A stretch of 64,000 nt of DNA, taken from IMG/VR virus record IMGVR_UViG_3300042515_001753, positions 1-64,000 of that record; one strand, written 5' to 3'. A program made the translations under genes and the position numbers. Shown one piece after another: positions 55,835 through 64,000 of the stretch. Position 1 is the stretch's first letter. Each line of letters opens with the position of its first letter. Below the pieces are notes generated by a model, which was given only the letters and a program-made list of their open reading frames with translations, made no database searches and was not told the origin of the DNA.

Positions 55835-57003
55835 GAAAATTTAAATCCCTCAAATGATTTTTTTGGTTTATTTTCTTCATTATTATACTCCTCTTCTTTA
55901 CCGCTGTCAAGTATGTCGTTTTGTGCGGACTGTTCTACATCATAAAGTCTCATTTTGGCACGGTCAATTCCAACAACGAAACGCTTAAAGATTGTTGGGT
56001 CATTATATCTGTTTTTAAGTTGCTTCACCATAATCTGCCCTAGACCTTCTAATTCCTCGGTACTAATCAGAGCAAACATAAGGTCGGCAGTAGCAGGAAG
56101 ACCGAACGATTCAGAAGTATCGGTCAATTCTACATCGGAAGAACCAAAACCGCTCCTAGTCGTCTGTGTCGCACTCATAATAGGAACATTAAACTCTACT
56201 GCCAAACCACGAAGTTCTTCGGCAATAGACTTAACCAAAGTATAAGAATTGATATTACTACCACTCTTAAATCGTGAGGAGGAGCAAATATTCAAATAGT
56301 CAATAAAGATAATATCAGGTCTAAATGATTTCTTCAGAGCAAGTTCATTCAGAAGTGCCTTGAAGTGCCCGGAGTGTGCCGAAGCAGTAGGATATTCTTT
56401 GATTACCAAAGAACCCCGAGTCTTCTTGGAAATACCATTTACTTTATTCTCAAATGCTGAGCGTGGTAAATCAATCAGTTGTTGAATTGGAACATTAAGA
56501 AGATTCGCATCAATTCTTTCGGCAATTCTTTCTTCTGCCATTTCAAGAGTAATATAAAGAACATTTCTATTCTGTAGTAAGGCAGAACTGGCAACGTGAC
56601 ACATAAAGAGAGATTTTCCAACTCCAGTATTGTGAGAGGAAACTCCATTAGTGTAATATCTATGATTTGGATGATTTACATTAATATCTACAATAGGTAT
56701 TTGTTTATTGTTTTTATAAACCCGACCAATTTTAATACCCTCGTTAGTAATCAATTTGTATATTAAGTTAGATTGTTCCATTTCTTTAGCGGAAATCCAA
56801 CCTTCAGTAGTTTCAAACAAATGGGACTCATTACAACTAACTTTATTACCCCCCATCATAAGCAATTCATATTCTTCATACATCCCCTTATTAATAAAAA
56901 AATTAACAGGAACATATCCATCGGGAGAATCAACCTCCACTTCATATCCATTATCAAGTAATGTTTTGATTTCAGCAATCGATGTTTCTTTTTCAATCCA
57001 CAT
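55831..57003 (-). CDS. 41: gp41 helicase C-terminal half preceded by split-intein IntC
   Basis: 125-aa Hint region ending SSHN, then TGVGKS, ITLEMAEE, IDYLNI, SATQTTR, KNRY. Confidence 0.95.
   Translation of the reverse strand: MWIEKETSIAEIKTLLDNGYEVEVDSPDGYVPVNFFINKGMYEEYELLMMGGNKVSCNESHLFETTEGWISAKEMEQSNLIYKLITNEGIKIGRVYKNNKQIPIVDINVNHPNHRYYTNGVSSHNTGVGKSLFMCHVASSALLQNRNVLYITLEMAEERIAERIDANLLNVPIQQLIDLPRSAFENKVNGISKKTRGSLVIKEYPTASAHSGHFKALLNELALKKSFRPDIIFIDYLNICSSSRFKSGSNINSYTLVKSIAEELRGLAVEFNVPIMSATQTTRSGFGSSDVELTDTSESFGLPATADLMFALISTEELEGLGQIMVKQLKNRYNDPTIFKRFVVGIDRAKMRLYDVEQSAQNDILDSGKEEEYNNEENKPKKSFEGFKFS
56629..57003 (-). mobile_element. Split intein C-fragment (125 aa)
   Basis: Block B CNESH, block F VDINV..HRYYTNG, terminal HN followed by Thr. 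Confidence 0.93.
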
Positions 57004-57035
57004 TTTGTATAAATACCATTAGCAGGGACAGGGAA

Positions 57036-57704
57036 ATGTTTAATCAAATCTATTCTAACTTATGTGAAGGCAATAAGTCAAGAAAAGAAAACTATAAAAA
57101 ATATTCTGGGTTACACGAACATCATATTATTCCCAAACATATGGGGGGAAGTGATGAAGATTTTAATCTAACATATTTAAATGTTAGAGAACATATATTG
57201 GCACATTATTTGTTGTGGAAGATATATAAAAATCCAAATGATTTAAGGTCTATGAAAATGTTGGGAGCAAACTTATCTCCACAATATAGAAAAATAACAG
57301 GAGAATTTTGTCGTGACAATAATATTGGTATTTTTTCCATTCCATCAAATGAAAGAAAAAAATGGACAATAAAAGGAATAGAAAGTCAAAAACAAGATTA
57401 CTTAACAAATCAAACAAAAAATTTTTACTATTGGAGCACCGAAGAGGGAAGAAAAGAAAGGGCATCTCTTGGAGGAAAGAAGATGGGGTCAAAAGAATTT
57501 AGTTATTGGGCATCTAATGAAGGAAGAAAAACACGATCATCATTAGGGGGAAAGGCGCATAAAGGAAAAAAGGTAATGCATTTGCCCGGAACAAAGGGAT
57601 GGAAAAGAATATCACCAGAAGAAGTTGATATAAAACTAAATGAAGGTTGGAAGTTTGGAACTGGAGAACCAGCACCAAACTCCAAAATCAAGAAATCTTC
57701 CTAA
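57036..57704 (+). CDS. HNH homing endonuclease, inverted between the gp41 halves
   Basis: HEHHIIPKHMGG..NLTYLNVREHILAHYLL; late promoter TATAAATA 57008-57015. Confidence 0.9.
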   Translation: MFNQIYSNLCEGNKSRKENYKKYSGLHEHHIIPKHMGGSDEDFNLTYLNVREHILAHYLLWKIYKNPNDLRSMKMLGANLSPQYRKITGEFCRDNNIGIFSIPSNERKKWTIKGIESQKQDYLTNQTKNFYYWSTEEGRKERASLGGKKMGSKEFSYWASNEGRKTRSSLGGKAHKGKKVMHLPGTKGWKRISPEEVDIKLNEGWKFGTGEPAPNSKIKKSS

Positions 57705-58320
57705 ATCTAATTTTAACTATAGTTTCTGGATGAACGCAACCGGCAAGAGCAATATTCAGAGTCTTATTAGGTAATCCACCTTTTGTGATTTTGTTGAAAT
57801 ATTCTAGGTCAAATTCAATCTTATCTTCTTTACGATGATAAAACTCATATCGTTCCTCATAATTCTGAAGATAATCGTGACCTATATTATTATCAAAAGA
57901 TACTGCCAAGGCATCGGAAAGAATACTGGGAATGGCATCTCTACCTTTTTTATCATCCTTACCATCGGCAATATGAATGGACTCCATGAGTGCCAAGTAA
58001 ATAGCACGGTCACGGCACCACTTTTCGGTAGTATCCAGTATCCACTGCTTATCCACAGGACTATCATTAAGTTTAGAAAGTAATTCTACTATTTCCTTAT
58101 TTTCAGATTCTGTCAAATCTCTACGATTATCAATCTCAATATTGAGTGCTTCTATTGTAATTGAAGAACCATACTTAACGATGAACTCAACAATTTCCTC
58201 AAAAACTATCTTTTCTACTCTTTGCTCATAGTACTCCGGTTGAATAAAAGGAATAACCTTTCTGGCATAGTCTTCATTAAATACTAAGTTTCTAAGGATT
58301 GTAAGTTCAAGTCGTTCCAT
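57688..58320 (-). CDS. 41: gp41 helicase N-terminal half with split-intein IntN
   Basis: TEKWCRDRAIY, SFDNNIGHDY, TKGGLPNKTLNIALAG. Confidence 0.95.
   Translation of the reverse strand: MERLELTILRNLVFNEDYARKVIPFIQPEYYEQRVEKIVFEEIVEFIVKYGSSITIEALNIEIDNRRDLTESENKEIVELLSKLNDSPVDKQWILDTTEKWCRDRAIYLALMESIHIADGKDDKKGRDAIPSILSDALAVSFDNNIGHDYLQNYEERYEFYHRKEDKIEFDLEYFNKITKGGLPNKTLNIALAGCVHPETIVKIRFRKIS
57691..57738 (-). mobile_element. Split intein N-fragment (16 aa)
   Basis: CVHPETIVKIRFRKIS-stop directly after IALAG. Confidence 0.9.
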
Positions 58321-58328
58321 TATTTTAA

Positions 58329-58874
58329 TTAAAGATTTCGTTTATGATGCGGAACATCGAATACAAAAGTAATTCTAATGTTGTCGCCAATATTAACTGC
58401 CTTATGGGGTAGTTTATTATTGAACCAAAATAGTGTTCCCGGTTCAATAGTTGTAGTTTCATCCCCAACAGTATACTCGTATTTTCCCTGAATGGAAAGG
58501 TGATATCTATCCTTCGTAAGATAATAAGTTCCTTCGTCAATATGAGAACCCACAATTTCACCGACTGGAAGTGCCAAGAATCCACAACGACGGAGTTTCT
58601 TAAAATACTTTCCCAAGTAATTAAGAATCTCCGTATGTTTTTCATATGCCGGGGTTTTAATACATATTTCAGTATTCCCGACATATTGGTTCTCTTTTTC
58701 AACTCCACCCATTATAAGTTGCAACACATCCACAGTAACAGTATATTCTGTGGGGTCTAGTTGTTCGGAGTCTTCAATATTTTTTTGAGAACCCCAGTCT
58801 TCAGGATATTGCTTAAGTTGTTCTAATATTTTAGAAACATTTACATTAGTTTTTATTATACGAATATTTTTCAT
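58329..58874 (-). CDS. Asp/Asn beta-hydroxylase-like 2OG-Fe(II) oxygenase
   Basis: HIDEG, RYHL, WFNNKLPH, RITFVFD. Confidence 0.85.
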   Translation of the reverse strand: MKNIRIIKTNVNVSKILEQLKQYPEDWGSQKNIEDSEQLDPTEYTVTVDVLQLIMGGVEKENQYVGNTEICIKTPAYEKHTEILNYLGKYFKKLRRCGFLALPVGEIVGSHIDEGTYYLTKDRYHLSIQGKYEYTVGDETTTIEPGTLFWFNNKLPHKAVNIGDNIRITFVFDVPHHKRNL

Positions 58875-59899
58875 ACACCATAACTAAACTCACCCTTGGC
58901 AATCACATCAAGTTTTTCCATTACTTCTGGTGTAAAATATTTTTCGGTATTTTTTAAGATTTCTTTGGCATAAAGTTTCTTACCATCAATCTCATAACGA
59001 CCTGCTACATTCTTCCAGAGTCCACCAATCTCACCAAGTTCAAGAAGACCGTAGTAACGATCAAGACCGCGCTCATCATAATACAGACGGATTTCAACAT
59101 CTTGATTCTCCTTACTTAAACGTGATTTGTGAGTCTTTGCCCTGATAATGTTTCCAATTACTTCCGTTCCATCTTTTTCTTTTGACTTAGAAAGATAGAT
59201 AATTGTAGACGCTGCATATTGCAATCCAGAACCACCAGACATTTGTTTACCACCATAAAGAGACATCGACTCATAGGTGTGATTTGTCACTAGCATAGGA
59301 ATCTTTGCCTGTCCCAATTTGAGAGTCAGCATACGGAAGGCACCTTTGATAAGTTGTGCCTTCGTCATATCACGAGTATCCTTCTCTGCCAGAGCATCAT
59401 TAATTTCTTTGTTGGTAGAAAGCATTCCCAGAGAATCTAATACAAAGATACAAGGGTTTCTTTCATCCTCTTTTTTCTTTAGGTAAATATCAACTGCCTT
59501 GAGTGTTTTGGTACGAAACTCTTCTACCGTAACTACATTGACAACCACCAGACGACTTGTGTCAACTCCCCTACTTTCCAGAAGGGATTTTGTGATTGCT
59601 GCTTCAGTATCAAAATACAGACAATATCCAGTAGGATTATTATCAAGGAAATTTTTAACGACGGCAAGACTGAAGAAAGTTTTTCCAGTAGAAGTTTCAC
59701 CAGCGATTGCAGTAATCTTATTCCCAGATACACCACCAAATATACTGCCGGATACAAGAGCATTAAAAATGTACGAACCCGTATCCACATAAGTTTCAGT
59801 TTCATCAATATCCGAAGCGAGTTGAGTGTATTCTCCACCAATCTCCTTCACTATGTCACGCAAAAAATTTAATCCAGAATCTGCCATTTTTCTACCCAT
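58871..59899 (-). CDS. uvsX: RecA-like recombinase
   Basis: AGETSTGKT, YFDTE, LDSLG, GGSGLQYAAS. Confidence 0.95.
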   Translation of the reverse strand: MGRKMADSGLNFLRDIVKEIGGEYTQLASDIDETETYVDTGSYIFNALVSGSIFGGVSGNKITAIAGETSTGKTFFSLAVVKNFLDNNPTGYCLYFDTEAAITKSLLESRGVDTSRLVVVNVVTVEEFRTKTLKAVDIYLKKKEDERNPCIFVLDSLGMLSTNKEINDALAEKDTRDMTKAQLIKGAFRMLTLKLGQAKIPMLVTNHTYESMSLYGGKQMSGGSGLQYAASTIIYLSKSKEKDGTEVIGNIIRAKTHKSRLSKENQDVEIRLYYDERGLDRYYGLLELGEIGGLWKNVAGRYEIDGKKLYAKEILKNTEKYFTPEVMEKLDVIAKGEFSYGV

Positions 59900-59932
59900 T
59901 TTTAATGATTATACTACAAAAACCACTTCAAG

Positions 59933-60721
59933 TCAACTTTGTTGAGGAACAGCACGATAACCTTTATGTGATTTCGTATTCCTTTTATAATTAAGAAGAT
60001 TCCAAGTAGTTCCAACATCTAAATTATTTTCTTTACAAAATTTAGTAATATTTTTCCCACAAATAATTTCACCCTGAGGATTTATAATTGAAAATTCTTT
60101 ACTTTTCTTCTCCACTATTTTATTTACAATTTCAATATCTCGTTTCTTTCCATAAAGATAATGCTTTTCCCCACTTCTTGCTTCACTCCATTTTTTCTTG
60201 GTTTCTTCTGTGTGAATTCTGCCTTTATTTGCTTCACTTATTTTTAACTTAGATTCTTCACTATGAATTTTTCCTTTCCAAGAATCTAATAATTTATTTC
60301 TATGTTCTTGAGTTAAGGGTATTCCATATTTTGGATGATTTTCTCCACTTTTAGATATACTCATTTTATTTCTAGTTTCCTCAGTCATAACATATGGTTT
60401 TTTACCTTTCTTTGATTCGGACATTCTAATTCTTGCGATTCCATAAAGATGAGAATTATAATATCTACCTTTTGATTTCATTAAAATATGAGCGTGAATC
60501 ATTTTAGTAGTTTTTTTATCCTTAATTCCACACCTCTTAATATAAATCTTTTCCAATAAAGCGTGAGCGATATAATGTTCCCTTGATGTTAGAACTACAA
60601 TCCTTTTATTATTTCCAAAGATACTTTTTGGAAATGTATGATGCTTTTCTGTATAACCTTCAGGTGGAGTTCTGTTCTCTACTTTCCTGATAAGATTGCA
60701 ATAATGCTTTAGATAGTTCAT
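59933..60721 (-). CDS. HNH homing endonuclease with NUMOD3 repeats
   Basis: EKHHTFPKS..LTSREHYIAHALL; repeated HSEESK/HTEETK, GENHPKYG. Confidence 0.9.
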   Translation of the reverse strand: MNYLKHYCNLIRKVENRTPPEGYTEKHHTFPKSIFGNNKRIVVLTSREHYIAHALLEKIYIKRCGIKDKKTTKMIHAHILMKSKGRYYNSHLYGIARIRMSESKKGKKPYVMTEETRNKMSISKSGENHPKYGIPLTQEHRNKLLDSWKGKIHSEESKLKISEANKGRIHTEETKKKWSEARSGEKHYLYGKKRDIEIVNKIVEKKSKEFSIINPQGEIICGKNITKFCKENNLDVGTTWNLLNYKRNTKSHKGYRAVPQQS

Positions 60722-60731
60722 TTATATTCTA

Positions 60732-60823
60732 TTGAGAGTGCATTACTATTTATAATAGAAAAGGTGCCCTGAAGCACCTAATCTTCCTGTGAAATTGCAC
60801 TCTCAACAGGTGTAGTTATTTAT
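60732..60823 (-). promoter_or_regulatory. Tandem late promoters, terminator and 11-nt inverted repeat upstream of the HNH gene
   Basis: ATAAATA 60817-60823, hairpin 60762-60779 + T, TATAAATA 60747-60754, TTGAGAGTGCA/TGCACTCTCAA. Confidence 0.7.
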
Positions 60824-60953
60824 CTTCCTGTTTTTGTTTATTGAGATAATTCATTTTATAAGACCAAAGTTTTTGATAAAGAGCAGTATCTCCACCAATC
60901 CTCATAGCACTAATAATAGTATTCAGTTCTTTTTCGTTAATAGGTAAATTCAT
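60816..60953 (-). CDS. Small hypothetical protein (45 aa)
   Basis: MNLPINEKELNTIISAMRIGGDTALYQKL; TGATG coupling to gp43. Confidence 0.65.
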   Translation of the reverse strand: MNLPINEKELNTIISAMRIGGDTALYQKLWSYKMNYLNKQKQEDK

Positions 60954-63454
60954 CAGGTAAAAAATGAATCAAGATTTGTTGTATGTTCGGTTTTCCATCC
61001 AATCGAATCCAAAATAGACTTGAGTGGGTCTAAGAAACTCTTCTCAAATTGTAGTTCATAATCAATATATTTGTCAAGTCCCAATTCCTTTGGAAATTCG
61101 GAGATGAAGGAAATAACATTCTCTTGTATAATATTGGGTTTTTTTAAGAAAATATACTTAACTTTCTCACCATTATTAATAAGTGAATATTTGTTAGTAA
61201 GTTTTTTCTCTTTTATATAATGATTGAAGAGAAGTGCTCCACGAACATGAATTGGAGTTTTGGATGCGTAAATATTTGATGATGAATAATATTTACGGAC
61301 ATCAGATGCCGTTCGGGGAAAAGCAATTTGCTCTGGTGGAAGAGATTTAAATTCTTGGAGGCACTCATCAATAAATCGAATCACCTCATCTTCAGTTCCA
61401 CTCATCATAATCTTCAGACCATCTTTAATCATCTTGCGGCAAGGTGCCGGAGTTGAAGACTTGACTGCCTCAATACCCATCATCTTCAATTTAGGTTCGG
61501 TGTATCGCACACCTTCACTATCCCAAACATTCAGAATGTAACGCTTCTTGGCAGTCCAAATTCCACGGTCGGCAATATTCTCCCGTTTCATTTGCATCTT
61601 TTGATCGTATGCGTTTACATAGTCCGCCAGTTCTTGGTAGCAACCTTCAATATACTTTTCAAGTTCCACCTTACAGATCTTATCAAGGAACGAAACAACG
61701 CTTTCAGTAGTTTTCTCTCTTCCCTGGTATACAGTTTCAACCAAAGGACCCATATTGAGATAAATGGAGTCAGTATCAGAAGCAATAACATAATCAACAC
61801 TCTTAGTTTTAAGAACTTTGTTTAGATAAGAGTTCATCTTCTCTTCAATCCAACGAATGGCAACCTGACCCGAAAGAGTAATTGCCTCAGCATTTGCTAG
61901 TTTGAAATAACGGAAATACTGATTCCCAATAGCACCATAAGCAGAGTTAAGAGAAATCTTTTTTGCCATTTGGATGTTATTACATCTTGCAATTTCTTTC
62001 TCAAGTTCTTTTGATTTTTTCTTCTCATACTGTTTTTTTGCCTCAATCATCTTCTCCTTATATACAACACGATCATTATACATTTTCTCCATTAGTTCTG
62101 GAAGAAAACCACGAATGTCCTTACGGTACATAGCACCATTAGGGCAAACTGCATAATCCTTATACATATCAAAAGTAAGTTCCTGATTGAGAATTTTATC
62201 CACGGTTACACTAGGATGCCTTTCTTCAACAAGTGTTTCGGGACTTACATTAAATTGCATAATCAAATGTGGATAAAGACTGTTTAAGTCAAAATTAACC
62301 ACCCAATCATACTTTCCAGGAATTGGTTCTTTTACATAAGCTCCAGCATACTTGGAATCTTTATCAGTTTTTTCTTTCGGAGGAATTACAATATTCCTCT
62401 GCTTAAGATAATTATAGATAATCGTATCCCACATTCTTACCTGAGAAAACACATCCTCATAGTTTACCTTACCATCATATGCCATAGTCAAGGCAAGTTC
62501 AATCAGTTTCATCTTGTCTTCCAAACGGTCAACAAGTTCTACGTCAACGATGTTGTATTCTACAAACTTCTGCCAACCTTTAGTATAGAAGTCCTTAAAA
62601 GTATCAAACTCAGAGTGATCCAGTTTTTTCTGATTGAGTTCTACGCTGGCAATATGATCTAGACGATAAGATTCCTGCGCTTTATAAGTGAATTTCTTAT
62701 AAAGTTTAATGTAATCTAATTGACTAATACCACCAATATCATAGGAAATGTGCTTTCTTCCAGATATGTAAACTTCATCCTCAGTCACAAGACCCCAGGG
62801 TGACATACGCTTCATCAATTTCTCACCCAAAACTCTATCCAGGCGACGAACGAGATAGGGAATATCATAAAGTTCACTGTTCCAACCAGTAATAACCTCT
62901 GGAGTATTATCCTCAATCATCCACCAGTGAATAAAATCATTTAATAGACTATACTCATCAGAGAATCCTCGGTAAGAAACATTTGATTGATTATTATCAA
63001 ACTTACCCAATCCCCAAGTACGAATTTGTTTCGTATTATAGTCTTGAAGTGTAATGAGTAGTACTTCTTCTGCCGCATTTTCCACATCAGGAAATCCATT
63101 TTCGGATGCAACCTCAATGTCAATTGTGGTAAGTTTAATTTTACTAATATCAAACTTAATTTCATTTTCCGGATATTTGTCCGAAATATATTGATAGATG
63201 TACTTGTCGTTTCCGTAAATTTTAAAGTTTTGTACATCAGTATACTTCTTAATAAACTCTCTACAATCCCTTACAGAACCAGGTTGAATAGGTTCTACAT
63301 ATTCTCCCTGAAGTGTCGTATATTTGGTTGTTTTTTTAGACGGAACAAAAAGAGTAGGAGAGAACTTCTCACGGGTCATAAAATGTCTACCATTTTCATA
63401 ACCACGAACCAAGAAGTGGTCCCCAACCATTTGCACGTTTGTATAAAAATTCAT
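60953..63454 (-). CDS. 43: Family B DNA polymerase (T4 gp43)
   Basis: DIEV, DLNSLYP, KISLNSAYG, SDTDS, KKRY. Confidence 0.97.
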   Translation of the reverse strand: MNFYTNVQMVGDHFLVRGYENGRHFMTREKFSPTLFVPSKKTTKYTTLQGEYVEPIQPGSVRDCREFIKKYTDVQNFKIYGNDKYIYQYISDKYPENEIKFDISKIKLTTIDIEVASENGFPDVENAAEEVLLITLQDYNTKQIRTWGLGKFDNNQSNVSYRGFSDEYSLLNDFIHWWMIEDNTPEVITGWNSELYDIPYLVRRLDRVLGEKLMKRMSPWGLVTEDEVYISGRKHISYDIGGISQLDYIKLYKKFTYKAQESYRLDHIASVELNQKKLDHSEFDTFKDFYTKGWQKFVEYNIVDVELVDRLEDKMKLIELALTMAYDGKVNYEDVFSQVRMWDTIIYNYLKQRNIVIPPKEKTDKDSKYAGAYVKEPIPGKYDWVVNFDLNSLYPHLIMQFNVSPETLVEERHPSVTVDKILNQELTFDMYKDYAVCPNGAMYRKDIRGFLPELMEKMYNDRVVYKEKMIEAKKQYEKKKSKELEKEIARCNNIQMAKKISLNSAYGAIGNQYFRYFKLANAEAITLSGQVAIRWIEEKMNSYLNKVLKTKSVDYVIASDTDSIYLNMGPLVETVYQGREKTTESVVSFLDKICKVELEKYIEGCYQELADYVNAYDQKMQMKRENIADRGIWTAKKRYILNVWDSEGVRYTEPKLKMMGIEAVKSSTPAPCRKMIKDGLKIMMSGTEDEVIRFIDECLQEFKSLPPEQIAFPRTASDVRKYYSSSNIYASKTPIHVRGALLFNHYIKEKKLTNKYSLINNGEKVKYIFLKKPNIIQENVISFISEFPKELGLDKYIDYELQFEKSFLDPLKSILDSIGWKTEHTTNLDSFFT

Positions 63455-63708
63455 CAGGCAGTTAATTCAAGATACTTGTTAACGATTTCGGGAGTTGGTT
63501 CTGCGATTGTGAGAATACTATCAGAATGAATCATTAATTCGGTCTGATTAGTAACCTCGGGCCAGGGTTTCATATCATCCACACTAAAAAATTCATATGG
63601 ATTAATTAACTTACAATCAGGTTCACCAAGTTCGGATCCAATCTCAACAATTTCGGTAATTAAGATAGTATCAACCTTCAAGAGAAGACACTTCACATTC
63701 CTTTCCAT
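63454..63708 (-). CDS. Hypothetical Sm-like protein
   Basis: LGEPDCKLINP..PWP. Confidence 0.6.
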   Translation of the reverse strand: MERNVKCLLLKVDTILITEIVEIGSELGEPDCKLINPYEFFSVDDMKPWPEVTNQTELMIHSDSILTIAEPTPEIVNKYLELTA

Positions 63709-64000
63709 TTACTTTTTCCTCATACATTTGTTTGATAGCCTCTACTGGTTCAACAATTGTCACAACCCAATCTAGACGAACTGGAATCTCATTATCACTT
63801 GTAAAGAGAATCCAGGAAGAAAATGTTACACTAACTGTACCATCTTCTGGTTCTATTGGTTCTTCTGTTAAGAAGATTGAATTGCTGATCTTCATTTTAT
63901 GCGGATTCGTGAACAAATATCCACATACTTTATCTTCAGAAATCAACTCCTTAATATCGGCAATTACTGATTCTCCAGATTTTAATAGAGCAATTTTTAC
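63671..64000 (-). CDS. Hypothetical Sm-like protein, start beyond window
   Basis: VKIALLKSGESVIADIKE.. open to the right edge. Confidence 0.6.
   Translation of the reverse strand, partial: VKIALLKSGESVIADIKELISEDKVCGYLFTNPHKMKISNSIFLTEEPIEPEDGTVSVTFSSWILFTSDNEIPVRLDWVVTIVEPVEAIKQMYEEKVNGKECEVSSLEG

Noticed and set aside
55831-58320. gp41 as a disrupted pseudogene or group I intron-containing gene
   Set aside because: Both halves are intact with intein termini, and I saw no P/Q/R/S core between them
1-64000. Stop-codon reassignment
   Set aside because: Core genes translate fully in code 11 and no suppressor anticodon was found

Overview
A 64-kb segment of a large T4-like cyanophage (myovirus) genome, almost all coded on the minus strand. 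From left to right: (1) a giant collagen-like fibre gene (open at the left edge, missed by the ORF track) and virion genes; (2) a photosynthesis module with psbA split by three ORF-less group I introns (spliced product 359 aa), a free-standing endonuclease and two hli genes; (3) a ~17.4-kb, 20-gene glycan cluster (gmd, fcl, GT11, GT6, GT25, epimerases, methyltransferases) preceded by a wcaG-like RNA array; (4) dps, pstS with a pho box, and a Som-type porin; (5) 22 tRNAs for 19 amino acids, interleaved with at least five unexplained structured RNAs (one with two T-arms and no anticodon arm), with the main array headed by an rRNA-operon-like boxB/boxA leader; (6) lysins, nrdA/nrdB, primase and MazG; (7) a gp41 helicase fractured into two genes by an atypically split intein (16-aa IntN, 125-aa IntC, Thr+1) with an inverted HNH gene between the halves, then uvsX and the gp43 polymerase. 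All calls come from manual reading and motif recall. No database search or folding program was run.
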